A stretch of 64,000 bases of DNA. It comes from Callorhinchus milii (lineage: Eukaryota). The stretch lies in contig NW_024704743.1 of the NCBI RefSeq assembly GCF_018977255.1, positions 46,316,001 through 46,380,000 on the forward strand, written 5' to 3'. Numbering within the stretch: position 1 is the stretch's first letter; every line of letters starts with the position of its first letter. This document shows, in pieces, positions 23,215-35,900 of this stretch. The notes beneath the pieces were generated by a model. That model did no database searches. It worked only from the letters and a program-made list of their open reading frames with translations, and was not told where the DNA came from. Position numbers and translations under genes: made by a program.

Positions 23215-26200
23215 TTATCCTTCTGCTTCCTTGTCCTCCCTTCCCTCCCGCCTCCAAAAGCCAAACATCCCTTCCCCCTCCCTCATCCATACCTTCTCCA
23301 ACTCTTCCCCCTCTTCAAACTGGACATTGATCTCTCCCCCATGACCCCAAATCCTCTCCATACCACTCTCTCCTCCATCCCTCTCCAGAGCAGCAACCCC
23401 ATCTGCATTTCCGTGCAAAATGTCCGCTCCCTCTCCAATAAAGCCCTCAGTATCCATGACCTCATCCTGTATGAGCACATGGATATTCTTGGGCTTTCGG
23501 AAACCTATCTCTCCCCTAGTGACTCCATCCTCTAGTTGAAGCCTCCCCTCCTGGCTTCATCGTCCACTACACCCTCCTCCCTAACCAACGCGGGGTAGCC
23601 CTCATCTCCGAAGCTTCCCTCAGTCTATCCCCTTATTCCTCTGGCTGCTTCTTCTCATTTGAGTACCTCACCCTCCACCTCTCTCTCACTCAATATTCTC
23701 CAGGTTTACTGTCCCCCCCCCAAACTCCCCTGGCTCCTTCCTCTCTGATATCTCCACCTTCCTCTCCTCCTTGTCCCTCTGCTCAGAACCCCTGCTCATA
23801 ACTGGCAACTTCAATCTCCACCTGAACTCCCCTCGCACCACATCCTCAGATTTCACTGTCCTCCTCTCCTCCCTAAACCTTACCCTCCACATCAACTCGC
23901 CGACCGACAACCCTGGCCACCCCCTCGACCTCATCATCACACATGGCCTTGGCATTTCCAACCTGTGCATCACAGACAAGGCCATCTTGGATCACTTCCT
24001 CATCTCCTTCCCCTCTTGCGTCCCTCTCTCAAGCCCTCAACCATACTTTTCCGCCCATGGAAAAGGCTTTCCCCTGAGACCTTCACAAAGGCCCTCTCAT
24101 CCTTAGACCTCCTAGCCCCCTGGCCTTCCACCTGTAGCGACCCTGAAGCAGCTGTCAAGCTGCTCCCTGATCGCCTCTCTTCCACCTTCAACTCCCTCGT
24201 CCCCCTGAAATCCAGGACCATTTCCAAACCCACCCGCTCCCCCATCTCCGCTCCCTAAAATCCCAAACCTGATTGATCGAGTGCAGGTGGAGGAAAACCA
24301 ACCCCACGATTCACCACTAGCTGTGGCTCTAGCATCTTCACACCCACCATCGCTCCTTGTCGCAAGCAAAAACTGCGCACTACTCAAACATCATACTGGA
24401 GGCCAACAATAACTCCAAAATCCTATTCTCCACCGCCCACCGCCAAATCCGTGAAACCCCTTAAGCACCCTCAATCATCACATCCAACGCCAAGTGCGAA
24501 GAGGTCATGGACTTCCTTATCTCTAAAATTGACAACATCCGCCTGGCAGCTTCATCCCTCTGTCCCGTGTCACCTTCCATCACCCCCATTCTGTCTCCCT
24601 TATCCACCCCACCCACAGCTCCTACCATCCTTCATTCATTTGCCCCCATCTCTCCTTCCTCCATCTCATCTACCATCACGACACTGAAACCCACCACCTG
24701 CTGCCTTGACCCCCCTCCCACTCCCCACCAAACTGCTGATCACTCAGCTCCCACTCCTCTGCCCACTGCTGACAGACACTATTAACCAGCCTCTCTCCTC
24801 AGGTTCAGTCCCACTCCTCCTCAAAATCGCGGTCATCACCCCCACCATCACCTCCATGAAACCCACCACCTGCTGCCTCGTCCCCCTCCCCACCAATTTT
24901 CTGTCATCCAGTTGCCCCTCCTCTGCCCACTACTGGCTGACGTCATCAACCAGTCCCTCTCCTCCGGTTCAGTCCCTGCCCCTCTCAAAACCGCTGTCAT
25001 TAACCCCCTCCTAAAAAACCTACCCTGGATCCCTCCAACCTCGTGGACTATCGCCCTATCTCAAACCTGCCCTTCCTTGCCAAAGCTCTGGAATGTATTG
25101 TTGCCAACTAATTCACGCACACCTCTCCCTCCACATCCTATTCGAACGCCTCCAGTCCGGTTTCCGCCCTGTCCACAGTGCAGAGGCAGCGCTTGTGAAA
25201 GTCCCAAACGATATCCTCTCTATCTGTGACCAGGGTTCCCTCTGCCTCCTCATCCTCCTGGTCCTCTCCTCTGGGCTCGGCACAGTCAATCATGCCATCC
25301 TCCTCCACCGCCTGACCTCCATCATCCACCTCAGTGGGAAAGCACTCGCTTGGTTCGAGTCCTACCTTACAAACCGACAGCACTATATTTCTGCAAATGG
25401 CTTTTCTTCTTGCTTCCACCCGGTCACCTGTGGGGTACCCCACAGATCCATCCTTGGACCCCTTCCTCATCTGTATGTTCCCTCTCGTGATGTCATCCAC
25501 AGACATGGGGTTAACTTCCACATGTGTGCGGATGACACTCAACTCTACTTTTCCACCTCCAGCTGTGCTACTCCAGTTCCATGATATTCTGTCAGCTTGT
25601 CTGTCAGACCTCAGGAGCTGGATGAGAGCAAATTTCCTGCAGTTAAACATCAACAAGACGGAAGCTATACTACTTGGCTGCTGCCGACATCTTCTGTCCC
25701 ACGGTTTTGACCTCTTCAATCTACCCGACCTGTCCTTAAAACTCTCCGAACCCATGTGCAACTTAGGTGTCAGGTTCAATCCCAGTTTCCTTCCTCTTCC
25801 ACATCCAGTTCCTGACCAGCACCGCTTTCTTCCACCTCCGCCACATTGCCCGTCTCCGACAATACCTCACCCCAAAAGCTGCCAAAACCCTTGTCCACAC
25901 CTTTATCACTTCTCGGCTGGACTACTCTAACATCCACCTCACCGGTCTCCCCTCCTCCACTAATCACAAAATCCAGCTCGTTCAAATCTCTGCCGCCCGC
26001 ATTCTCACCCCCAATAAACTTCATACCCCGATTACTCCAGTCCTTAGCAAACTCCACTGGCTCCCTGTCACAGAGCGGATTGACTTCAAGATCCTCACTC
26101 TAGTGTTTAAATCCCTCTATTCCTTGACACCTCCCTATCTCTCTAACCTCGTCTCTCCCCACAGCAGTACCCACTGCCTCCGACCTCCTCAGTGTCTCCC

Positions 26201-26457
26201 GAATCCTCCGCTCCCATCATCGGTGGCAGTGCCTTCAGCCACTATGCCCCAAAACTTTGGAACTCCCTCCCTCAACCCCTTCACCTTGCCCCCTCCTTCC
26301 CCATCTTCAGGTTTGCGCCTGAAGACCTTCTGCTTCGACCGCATCTATAGTCACTTTCCCCCTCTCTCTGGCTCGGCCTCAGTCTGCGCCATTGTTAAGC
26401 GCTCTGAGACGCCGCCCGACGTGGAGGGCGCAATATAAATGCAAGTTATTGTTGTTG
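23215..26457 (+). mobile_element. L2-clade LINE, degenerate ORF2 (APE endonuclease + reverse transcriptase) with 3' tail
   Basis: APE motifs ISVQNVRSL, DILGLSETYL, LLITGNFNLH, GHPLDLII, DHFLI. RT motifs LQSGFRP.HSAE.AL, GVPH.SILGP, FHMCADDTQLY, LQLNINKTE, LHWLPV..RIDFK. Tail ATAAATGCAAGTTATTGTTGTT. Many frameshifts. Confidence 0.95.
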
Positions 26458-27529
26458 CTTTTATATTGAATTAGCTCTTTTAAAAGAGGGTAAGAAGTGC
26501 CAGTGCAAAAACAATTTCACAGCAAAAACCTAAGGAGATGAAATTTAGTATGGCAGTCGTTATCAGACCATTTTGAAAGAATAATTTTCAAGCTGATGCC
26601 ATGTAGCTTTTTAATAGACACCTATCTTTGAAAAATAATCATTATAGAAGAATTTTATGATAAATTAATAGCCGTGTTGTACTCCTTGGGGAAAGGAAGA
26701 GTGAAGAGATATATTGAAAGTGTCTCTATTTGAATATTCCTTTCCTTGTGAGGTAGTTGAAAATGTCAGAGGTGTCATGAATGAGTAATTACATATCCTT
26801 CAAGTAGCCTGATTTGGTTGTTTGAAAGGAATTGACACACTCCCTTGCCAGTTATGGTGGTGTTTGGAAATTCTGTTTTGAGAATTAACTCTGGCATTGA
26901 TTTTTCATAGGCATATTCTGATTGGAAAATAGTAAATTTAGCAAACAGTTTAGCCTGATTGGTGTGGCAAATTTATCGGGCTGTTCTGATTTTATTTGAT
27001 TGGCTGATTTTATCTGGCTGTCTGATCTTAGGCATGAGCTAGATGTCCCGTTATTTGGCAACAGGTGGAAAGTACCAAAAATAAAAGATAATGTAGTCCA
27101 ACAATGAACAGGTTCAGAAAAGACCATTGTGGTCCACATGAGAAGGTCCCAAAGTTGAACAAAAATCCTGTGCTACTCAATCTCAATTAATTTCTTCACC
27201 AAATAGCTTTCTAATTTCTCCTTGGATTTTATGTTTTTATGAATCTACATCTAGTCAGAATCATATTTTAATATACAGTAGTTCAAATTATTTATTGTTC
27301 CTGACCAGGTTTTACTGATTTCCACCTGACTCTAACCTGAGAACCTGCGAGTCTCACAAATCTGGTGTAATATAGTTGGAGACAGTGCGTGGTCTCATGT
27401 GTCACTTTTACTCTCATGTCACCACTGTACCATCAACGTTATTAACGGAATAAGATAACTACAATTCAAAATAACTTCATTTTTCACCCCAAAGTATACA
27501 CAGTCACGACAATTTACAGTATAGGCTGT

Positions 27530-27790
27530 GAGGATTAGAATTCAAAATCCTCATCCTTAGAGTTCAAAATAGGGCCTTCAGCCTCTCTGCCCCCACCTTT
27601 TCGAACTCCATCCTACAACCCCTTTGCCTCACTTGCCTGCTTCAAGGTCATCTCAAGACCTTCATCTTCGAACACGCCTTTGGTCACTCTCCTACCCCTG
27701 CCCTCCACCCTTCCTGATCCCAACCCCCTTGCTCGGATCCAAAGCCATGACTGTCCAGTGTCTTGTATACAAATGTAATTTGTTGTTGTT
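27530..27790 (+). mobile_element. L2 3' fragment
   Basis: TCAAGACCTTCATCTTCGAACACGCCTTTGG; tail AAATGTAATTTGTTGTTGTT. Confidence 0.75.
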
Positions 27791-29737
27791 GAAGTGTCTT
27801 TGAAATGCTTCGACAACGTGACAAGTGCTGTATGAAATGAAATGATTATTACATAACCAGTAAGGGGAACTGAATGGCGACAAATGTCTTATAACATTGA
27901 TTTCCTTCCTGGTGTTTACCCAAAAGGTATATTGGTGATTTTTCAACCTGACATTTACTTGAGTAGTATTTATTTTAATCTATGCTGGGTGGAGTGAGAT
28001 GTGGCCTTCAGGAGTGGAGGGTACATTTTATTTTAAAAGAAGTAAACTCAGATGTAAGTCAATTGAGATATTCACATTGTAAGCGAATTTAATGAACTGA
28101 GAAAAGACTTCTCTAAATGTAATGAGTAGTATAACTCTTTGGGGACCTCAGTCATCACTCTACCCCCACCACCACTTCATGACACCTGGCGTCCGTGACC
28201 CAACTCAAACAGCATTTTCTCAATGAAATCCCCTTTGTGCTAGATAAACACCGAGATCTCGGCCCTGATAATCGCTAACTGAAAAACAACCACATTTCTC
28301 AACATATGTTATGTGAAACTTATCACATTGAATATGTTGTGAAATGCCATATTTTCGCTTGCTCTCAGCTTGGGTGCAAACCTTAGACTGTCCAGTGCCT
28401 TGGGACGTCTTCCTAACATAAAGCAAGTTGTAGTAATGTAAATTTGTATTGCAATTGTATATATTTTCACCCAGTGGTGTGGTGCGGTAATTGCAAGATT
28501 ATAATTGGGACATATTAATTCAGAGTGTTGGGTCTCCAACCCCTGGGTCTAGTGGTGACGTCTTCAAGCAACGTCTGAGCAATAACGTGATCTGTTGGGA
28601 AATGAAATCCACCTTGTTCACGCAATCATACAATAATTAACTTCGGGGTGCTCGGTGTGCTCTGCGGGCATTAAGCGCACTGATGGATTGTTTCAATGAC
28701 TTTCATGCCTGGGCTCAATATTGTCCTCCTGGCCCTAGCTTTGTTTTTCCAAAAGCAGTAATCAAATGTGATTAATTCAGATCAGATCAGCTTATCAGCT
28801 TGCTTTCTTCAAAATGCTTTCATAACCATTCATGTGTGCCAAGCCATTCAAAATTGGTCAAGGATTTCACACCAGAAAGCTTCAAGGAGTGACTTTCAAT
28901 GTCAATGCTCTGAGTCAACAGGGCATGTTTAAATCATTTTCTTTCTTTCTCAGCTTTGTTTGTTTTGCAAAAAACCCTCCTTTATATTTAGCCCCACAGT
29001 TAAAATATTTTAATTCCCTGTGTACATAATGTGCTTTGAAGCATGCAGGCTGGTGGGATGCTTTTCAGTGTGAACCAGATGTCTTGTAAATTACTGCTGT
29101 GTGGGCAACTAACTCTGACAGTAATAACTGTGATTAAACATCAGTCACACTTGGTCACCGAGACGATCAAATCTACAGTCATAATTCTGATGGATGGATC
29201 GACTGGTGGCAAAGTTGTTGGAATATTTTTATTTGCCTGTTTTTCTGTACAATTAATATTTTCAAAGTGGGAATATACCATTGTCAAACACTGGGTGTGG
29301 CTGGGCCAGTTGCAGACTGAAATATTTAGAACTTTATTCCAGGGTGTGAGCAAACTTCCTGGATGAGTAGCTCACAAGGATCAGGGCACTTGGTGTACAA
29401 GGTGCTGGGCTGGTGGACAGATGTTTGGTTTCTTCCACTCTCTACTAAATTCCAATTTCACATCAAACTTGGGAAGAGTATTGGGTAGGGGTGGTGGAGA
29501 GAAGGATAGCGAGAGAAAGAGGAATGAGAATTAGTTCCAGGTTGTCCTGATGGCTAGCTTGGAGCAGCATTGAAAGAAGCTTGAATGCAAGTGCGTTTCC
29601 ATTCTTTCAGTCACAGGTGGTGAATGATCTGGAGAAAAACTAAGGGAATATTACCTAAGTAATATTCTGGATAACACATGCACAGTAAGTCTGTACCAGT
29701 ATATTACATAAAAAGTATGTCATGTGATGATAATCTT

Positions 29738-32412
29738 AACAACAACAACTTGGATTTATATAGCACCCTTCACCCCAGGCGGCATCTCAGAGTGCTTCAC
29801 AGTAACGGATCCTGGGGCTGAGCGAGGGGGAGAAAGGTGACCAAAGGCACAGTTGAAAAGAAAAGTCTTCAGCAGAGACCTGAAAATAGGAAGAGAGGGG
29901 GCGAGGTGAAGGGAGTGAGGAAGGGAGTTCCAAAGCCTTGGGGGATAGTGGCTGAAGGCACGGCCACCGAGGGTGGAGCGGAGGACTCGGGAGACCAGAA
30001 GGAGGCCGGGCCCGGAGGAACGAAGGCAACGGGCACTGTTTTGAGGAGAGAGGAGGTCAGAAAGGTAGGGGGGTGCAGAGGACTGGAGGGATTTGAGACA
30101 AGGGTGAGTATCTTGAAGTCGATCCTCTCTGAGACAGTCTGGCAAGGACTGAGGTGAGCAGGGAGTGGAGTTTGGTGCGGTCGGCAGAGTTTTGAATAAT
30201 CTGTATTTTATGGATGGTAGTGGATGGGACACTGGCGAGGAGGGCATTTGAATAGTCCAACCGAGAGGTGACAAAGGCATAAGACCAGGGTTTCAGCGGC
30301 TTTCGGAGAGAGGTATTGGCGGAGACGGGGCGATGCGTCGGAGGTGGAAGAAAACAGTGCTGGTGAGGGACCGGATGTAATTGGGGGTCGAACCTGATGC
30401 CTAGGTTGCGTACAGGTTCGGAGAGTTGGCAGGCTGTCAGAAATCAGGGGACTGGGGATCTCAAAAAGAGGTGGAAAAATAGAGTTGGGTGCATCTGCAT
30501 ACATGTCGAAGTGTACCCCATGTCTGCGGATGACATCCCCAAGAAGGAGCATGCGGATCAGAAAGAGCAGAGGGCCAAGGTTGGATCCTTGGGGTACCCC
30601 GCTGGTAACCGGGAGAGAGCGGGAGGAGAAGCCGTTGGTACATATGTACTGCTGGCGGTTCGTGAGGTAGGACTTGAACCAGGCGAGTGCGGTCCCACTG
30701 AGATGGATGACGGAGGAAAGGCGGTGGAGGAGGACGGCGTGATCGACTGTGTTGAATGCGGCGGAGAGGTCCAGGAGGACAAGGAGGCAGAGAGAGCCCT
30801 GGTCACAAATAGAGAGGATGTCCTTTGTGACTTTCACAAGTGCAGTCTCTGTACTGTGGGCGAAAACCGGACTGGAGGGGTTCGAAGAGTGAGTGGGAGG
30901 AGAGGTGTGCGCGGAGTTGATTTGCAAAAGCGCATTCTAGGACTTTTGCGAGGAAGGGCAGGTTAATAATAGGGCGGTAGTGGCTGGGGTTTGAGGGATC
31001 TAGGGAAGGTTTTTTGAGGAGGGGGGTGATGACAGCAGTTTTGAGGGGGCCAGGGACTGATAATAATAATAATCCTTGCATTTGATATAGGCTTTTCACG
31101 TCTTCTCGACGTCCCAAAGCGCTTCACAGAATATACTGTAAAGTGAATTGACTGTATATTTGTGGGCGAACGCAACAGCCAATTGCGTATAGCAATGCCC
31201 CACAAACAGTCATGGATTGAAAATTTATTATTGTTTTTGTTTTTTGGAGGGATTATTATTAGGCGTGTGGAGTAAGGAAACTTGCCCAAGGTTTCGCCCT
31301 GCCTGGAATTGAACTCAGGTCTCTTGCTTGCAAAGCAAGTGCTCTAACCACTGAGGAGAGGGACTGGTTGATGACATCAGCCAGTAGTGGACATAGGAGA
31401 GGGAGCTGGGTGACCAGCAAGTTGATGGGGAGCGGGTCGAGGCAGTAGGTGGTGGGTTTCATAGAGGTGATGGTGGGTGAGAGGGTGGAGGGAGAGATGG
31501 GCAGGAAGGAATGTAAGATGGGGGTCGTGGTAGGAACAGATGATGGGGAGGGTGAGGGGGACAGAGAGGGTGTGGTGGAGGGTGACAAGAGACAGATGGA
31601 TGAGGCTGCCTGGTGGATGTTATGAATTTTAGATGAAAAGAAGTCCTCGCACTTGGCATTTGATGTGAAGGAGGCCTGAGTAGGGGCACGGAGGAGATAC
31701 TGAGTGGTGGAAAAAAGGATTTCAGGGTGTGTTTAGCCTCCAAGATGATGTTGGAGTAGAAGGCCGTTTATGCGTGTGTTTTTGCGCGTGTCAAAGAACC
31801 GCGGTAGCTGTGGAGATGCTCGAGCCACAGTTGGCAGTGGACTGTCAGGCCAGTTTTCTGCCATCTGCGCTCGAGCAGCCGGGTTTGGGTTTTTAGGCAG
31901 CGGAGATGGTTGCTGTACCAGGGGGATCGGGTGGGTTTGGAGATGATCCTGGATTTCAGGGGGACAAGGAAGTTGAAGGTGGAGGAGAGGCGATCGTGGA
32001 GCAGCTGGACGGCTGCTTCAGCATCTCCATAGGTGGAAGGCCAGAGGGATAGGGTATTTGATGATGTGAGGGCCTTTGTGAGGGTCTCAGGGGGTAGCCT
32101 TTTTCAAGAGTGGTAGAGAATGGTTGAGGACTTGGTGGGGGAGAGAGAGATGTGAGAGGAGAAGGAGATGAAGAAGTGGTCTGAGATGGCCTTGTCCACT
32201 ATGCTAAGGTCGGAAATGTCAAGGCCGTTGATGATAATGAGGTCAAGGGCATGACCATGGTTGTGGGTTGGTGAATTTATGTGAAGGGTGAGGTTTAGGG
32301 AGGAGTTGAGGGCAGTGAAGTCGGCTGTAGTGGTGCAAGGGGAGTTTAGGTGGAGGTTGAAATCGCGCATTATGAGCAGGCGCTCGGAGCAGAAGGACAG
32401 GGAAGAGATGTC
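29738..32412 (-). mobile_element. L2-clade LINE (5'-truncated within APE, RT present), interrupted by a SINE at 31061-31355
   Basis: Minus-strand ORFs with HSTETALVKV, LLDLSAAFNTVDH, GVPQGSNLGP, MYADA, GHALDLII, SDHFFI. (AAC)n tail at 29738. Confidence 0.95.
31061..31355 (-). mobile_element. tRNA-Ala-like SINE nested in L2 ORF2
   Basis: (TAA)n-ATCCTTGCATTTGAT tail through to GTGCTCTAACCACTGAG head; L2 on both sides. Confidence 0.9.
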
Positions 32413-32423
32413 TGTCTGTATCA

Positions 32424-32835
32424 AATCTTACATTTGGTATAGCACCTTACCATGCTGTTGAGATGGCTCAAAACTCTTCACAGGATTTTATGGTGAAATG
32501 TTGTTACAGTGAATTTGTGGGTGAATATGGAACTAATTTGCACACAGCGATATCCCACAAACAGCCATTGAAGTGAATGGCTTGTTTGGGGGATTCTTGG
32601 CCAGGATACTAGGAGAAACTTCCTACTTTTGTGTCAATTTGCGCCACAAAATCTTAACATCCACCTGAACAGGCAGACAGGAATTTGGGTTTACATTTCA
32701 TCTGAAGGACGGCACCTCTGACAATCGAGCTATCACCCAGAGCTCTGCATTAGAGTGTCAGCCTGGACTGTGAGTTCAAAGATCCAATGTGGGGCTTGAA
32801 CCCACAACCCTCTGACTCAGAGGACAGAGAGTAAA
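32424..32835 (-). mobile_element. SacSINE1-like DeuSINE abutting the 5' end of the L2
   Basis: TCATCTGAAGGACGGCACCTCTGACA; GGGCTTGAACCCACAACCCTCTGACTCAGAGG. Confidence 0.8.
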
Positions 32836-33817
32836 CTAAGAGAGTCTGATACCTAAATCCCTTCCCATGCTGAGATTTAAGATACAGTATTTCTAAATCA
32901 GCTTCTTTAATCCTGTTAGAATTCCCATTGATCCATCTGCTCTCGAAGTAGATTGCAGGTTTGTGTGATGTGCTCCTTATTAATGGAAGTAATTTAGATT
33001 CTGTTTAAAGGAATGCCATGAAGAAATAGAACAAATTAGGCCCCAATCTTTATTATTCTTCATGTATAAAACACCACTGTACAATATTCACTATGCCATG
33101 GAGACAATGGTAAAATATTTCCTCACCCTCACCAACTTGCAACACACAGATGCAGAAAATATCTACAATCCAAAATATTTGCTCCTGAACATAATTTGCA
33201 GATAAATACATTTGGGCTCAGAGAGCATTTCCCTGTTGAATGTAAGAATAATCTCCTACCCTGTGTTCAATGGAATACTATATATTTCTACAGTTGAGAA
33301 TCAGGCTCCTTGGTGGACTAGATGTTTTTCAAGTTCTCATGTTTTTAAAAGTATTTCTTCATGTAAAATCCTGGAAATTCAAGAAATTCATTTGATTTGC
33401 TTTACTTTGGATCACTTCAGATCAGTCGTATTGACTTTGAATCAAAGTGCTGGAACACAGATCAAAAGACTACTGATATCTTCCCAATTTGATCCTATTT
33501 TTTCCTTACTCTTGCAGTGTAATTTGCTGTCACTGTTGCCTGCCAATCTACTCCAGATTCACTCATTAATAATCTATTCATGGAATGGTTCTAATTCATT
33601 ATTTAATAACTTTAAATCTTAAATTTATTCGATTATTTTATTGCTGTTATTTTGAGGTCATGACTTGAATATGTTACACCTTGTCATTTGCTGTTTGATT
33701 TTGGTTTGAGGTGTGATGAGCCAGTGCCCACTTGTTGTTGTTTTAATCATGTCGATATGTTTCAGCTGATCTCTGGGATCTTGAATAACATCTCCCCAGA
33801 CTCAGCACATCACATGC

Positions 33818-33935
33818 AGACTATTCCACACCTCACACTTACACTCACAGACATCACTATTCCACACCTCACACTTACATGTGCGACTATTCCTCACACT
33901 TACACTCACAGATGCCACTGTTCCACACTTCACAG
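33818..33935. repeat. Degenerate ~30-36-bp tandem repeat
   Basis: ACTATTCCACACCTCACACTTACA repeated 3-4 times with variation. Confidence 0.75.
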
Positions 33936-34596
33936 ACTTTTCAAAATTTACAACCCAGAAGTACCTCATTAGCTGTTTCATTGTTGTAAGTGCATTGACA
34001 TTGACTGCTATGTTTCCTTCAACACTAGTAAAATTACTTTTCTGACACTTAGGAACTTCAGATGTTTATGTGATTTCTTTAGTGCAACGTTTAGTTGATA
34101 TCTGTGGACAGCCTGTTTTGTTCCCTTGCTCTATGGCAGTGTGCCTTCCTGAAGGTCCGATTTGCTTTTCAGTTAAAGCATTTTATTATTGAGCTGAGTT
34201 GACAATGCACATTAAACTAAAGCTCTCAGAATTACTTCGAGTGTGAGTGACCATAATTTCAGTGCTATGATTACATTAGAATGTCATTTTCCTTGACCTT
34301 TGAGTTAATCCTTTAATCCCTTCACACCTGTCTCACAATATCCCTACAATCCACTCGTTCCCACATCTTGATTTTATCTTTCCCATACCTGTGCTTCGCT
34401 TTCACTCTTTTCTCAGGTTTAATTATTACTTTTATGCTCAACCCTTAATACCACTTCTGTCAGTTCTTCGAGGGAAGGATATAAGATCCTGTGTTACTAT
34501 TTCAACTGAGAAAAGTGTCTTGATTGACAGTCCTTTTGGCAAATTGGCCATTCACCTCATGGCCGTGGGAATTTGCTGCCCTCCTTCCTCCACTAT

Positions 34597-35428
34597 ACAA
34601 CAACAACGTGCACTTATATTGCACTTTTCAGGTGGGACTTGAAAAAAAGGGGAGAGGGGGAAAGGTGGAGGGATTGAGGGAGACTGTTCTAGAGTTTTGG
34701 GGTGTAGTGGCTGAAAGCACACCTCCGATGGTGGGACAGAGGGTGCGAGGAATGAACAGGAGGCCAGTGCCAGTCGAGCGGTGGTGCCGGGTGATGGATT
34801 GGGAAGTGAAGAGGTCGGAGAGGTAGGGAGGTGCCAGAGAGTGAATGGATTTGAACACGAGTGTGAGGATCTTGAAGTCGATCTGTTCGGTGATGGGGAG
34901 CCAGTGGAGCCTGGCCAGAACTGGTGAGATGCGGGCATGAAGCTTGGTCTGGGTCAGTATCCAAGCGGCAGAGTTTTGAATGAGCTGGATCTTTTGAATA
35001 GTGGAGCTAGGGAGACCATCGAGGAGTGCATTTGAGTAATCCAGGCAGAAGGTGTTTCGGCTGTATTTGTGGTAAGATATGGTTGGAGGCGGGCAATGTG
35101 GCAGAAGTGGAAGAAGGCGGTCAGGGACCGGATGTGGGGCTGGAAGGCAGTTGGGGTTCGTACTGGATGCCTAGATTGTGCAGTGGTTCGATGAGTGTGA
35201 GGGAAAGCCCAGGGAGGTTGAGGAGTTCAGATATGTAGGAATGAAGACGCTGACGGGAGCCAAGGAGTATGGCTTCCGTCTTGTCCATATTCAGCTGCAG
35301 GCCCTGATATCTGCCAGACAAGCTCATAGAACATCGGCAGACATGGAGTTGGTACTGGAGGAGGCAAAGTAGATGTGTGTCATCCGCATACATGTGGAAG
35401 TTTACCCCGTGTCTGCGGATGACATCTG
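34597..35428 (-). mobile_element. L2 LINE 3' fragment
   Basis: FHMYADDTHL, LQLNMDKTEAILLG. (CAA)n tail near 34597. Confidence 0.9.
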
Positions 35429-35469
35429 AAATGTTTTTGAAATGTTTTGCCATGATAAAACTCTTTATG

Positions 35470-35645
35470 AACAACAACAAATTCCATTTGTATAGAGCTT
35501 TTAATGTCGGGAGGACGTCCCAAGGTGCTGGACAGTCAAGGATTTGCACCTAAACTGGAGGCTGGGAACAGGAAGGGTGGAGGACAGAGAGGGTGAGGCT
35601 AGGAGGGTGACCGAAGGTACAGTCAAAGAGGAAGGTCTTGAGACT
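35470..35645 (-). mobile_element. L2 3' tail fragment
   Basis: AACAACAACAAATTCCATTTGTATAGAGC...GGAGGACGTCCCAAGG matches the tails at 44165 and 62888. Confidence 0.8.
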
Positions 35646-35654
35646 TCATGAAAT

Positions 35655-35900
35655 GTCAGTCTGGCTCAGCTGGTAGCACTCTTGCCTCTAATTCAGAAGG
35701 TTGAGAGTTCACTTTTATCATGGAAACCATATTGTCCTTGGTGACACTCCATTGTAGTGCTGGACGTGAGTTGCTTTGTCAGAGCAGCTGTCCCTCAGAT
35801 GAGACGTAAGACCAAGGTCGCATCACTTTAATTGAATATGAAGCTCTTTGAGATGTCTTGACAGCATGATATGGCACTATATCAAATGCAAGGATTATTC
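35655..35900 (+). mobile_element. SacSINE1-like DeuSINE with internal deletion
   Basis: GTCAGTCTGGCTCAGCTGGTAGCACTCTTGCCTC head; CAGATGAGACGTAAGACC; tail. Confidence 0.78.

Noticed and set aside
23341..26438. Functional endonuclease/RT gene
   Set aside because: Many frameshifts and stops, and the catalytic YADD is altered to CADD. It is a dead copy.
33212..33622. 136-aa ORF
   Set aside because: AT-rich, TTG start, no domain or splice support; consistent with chance.
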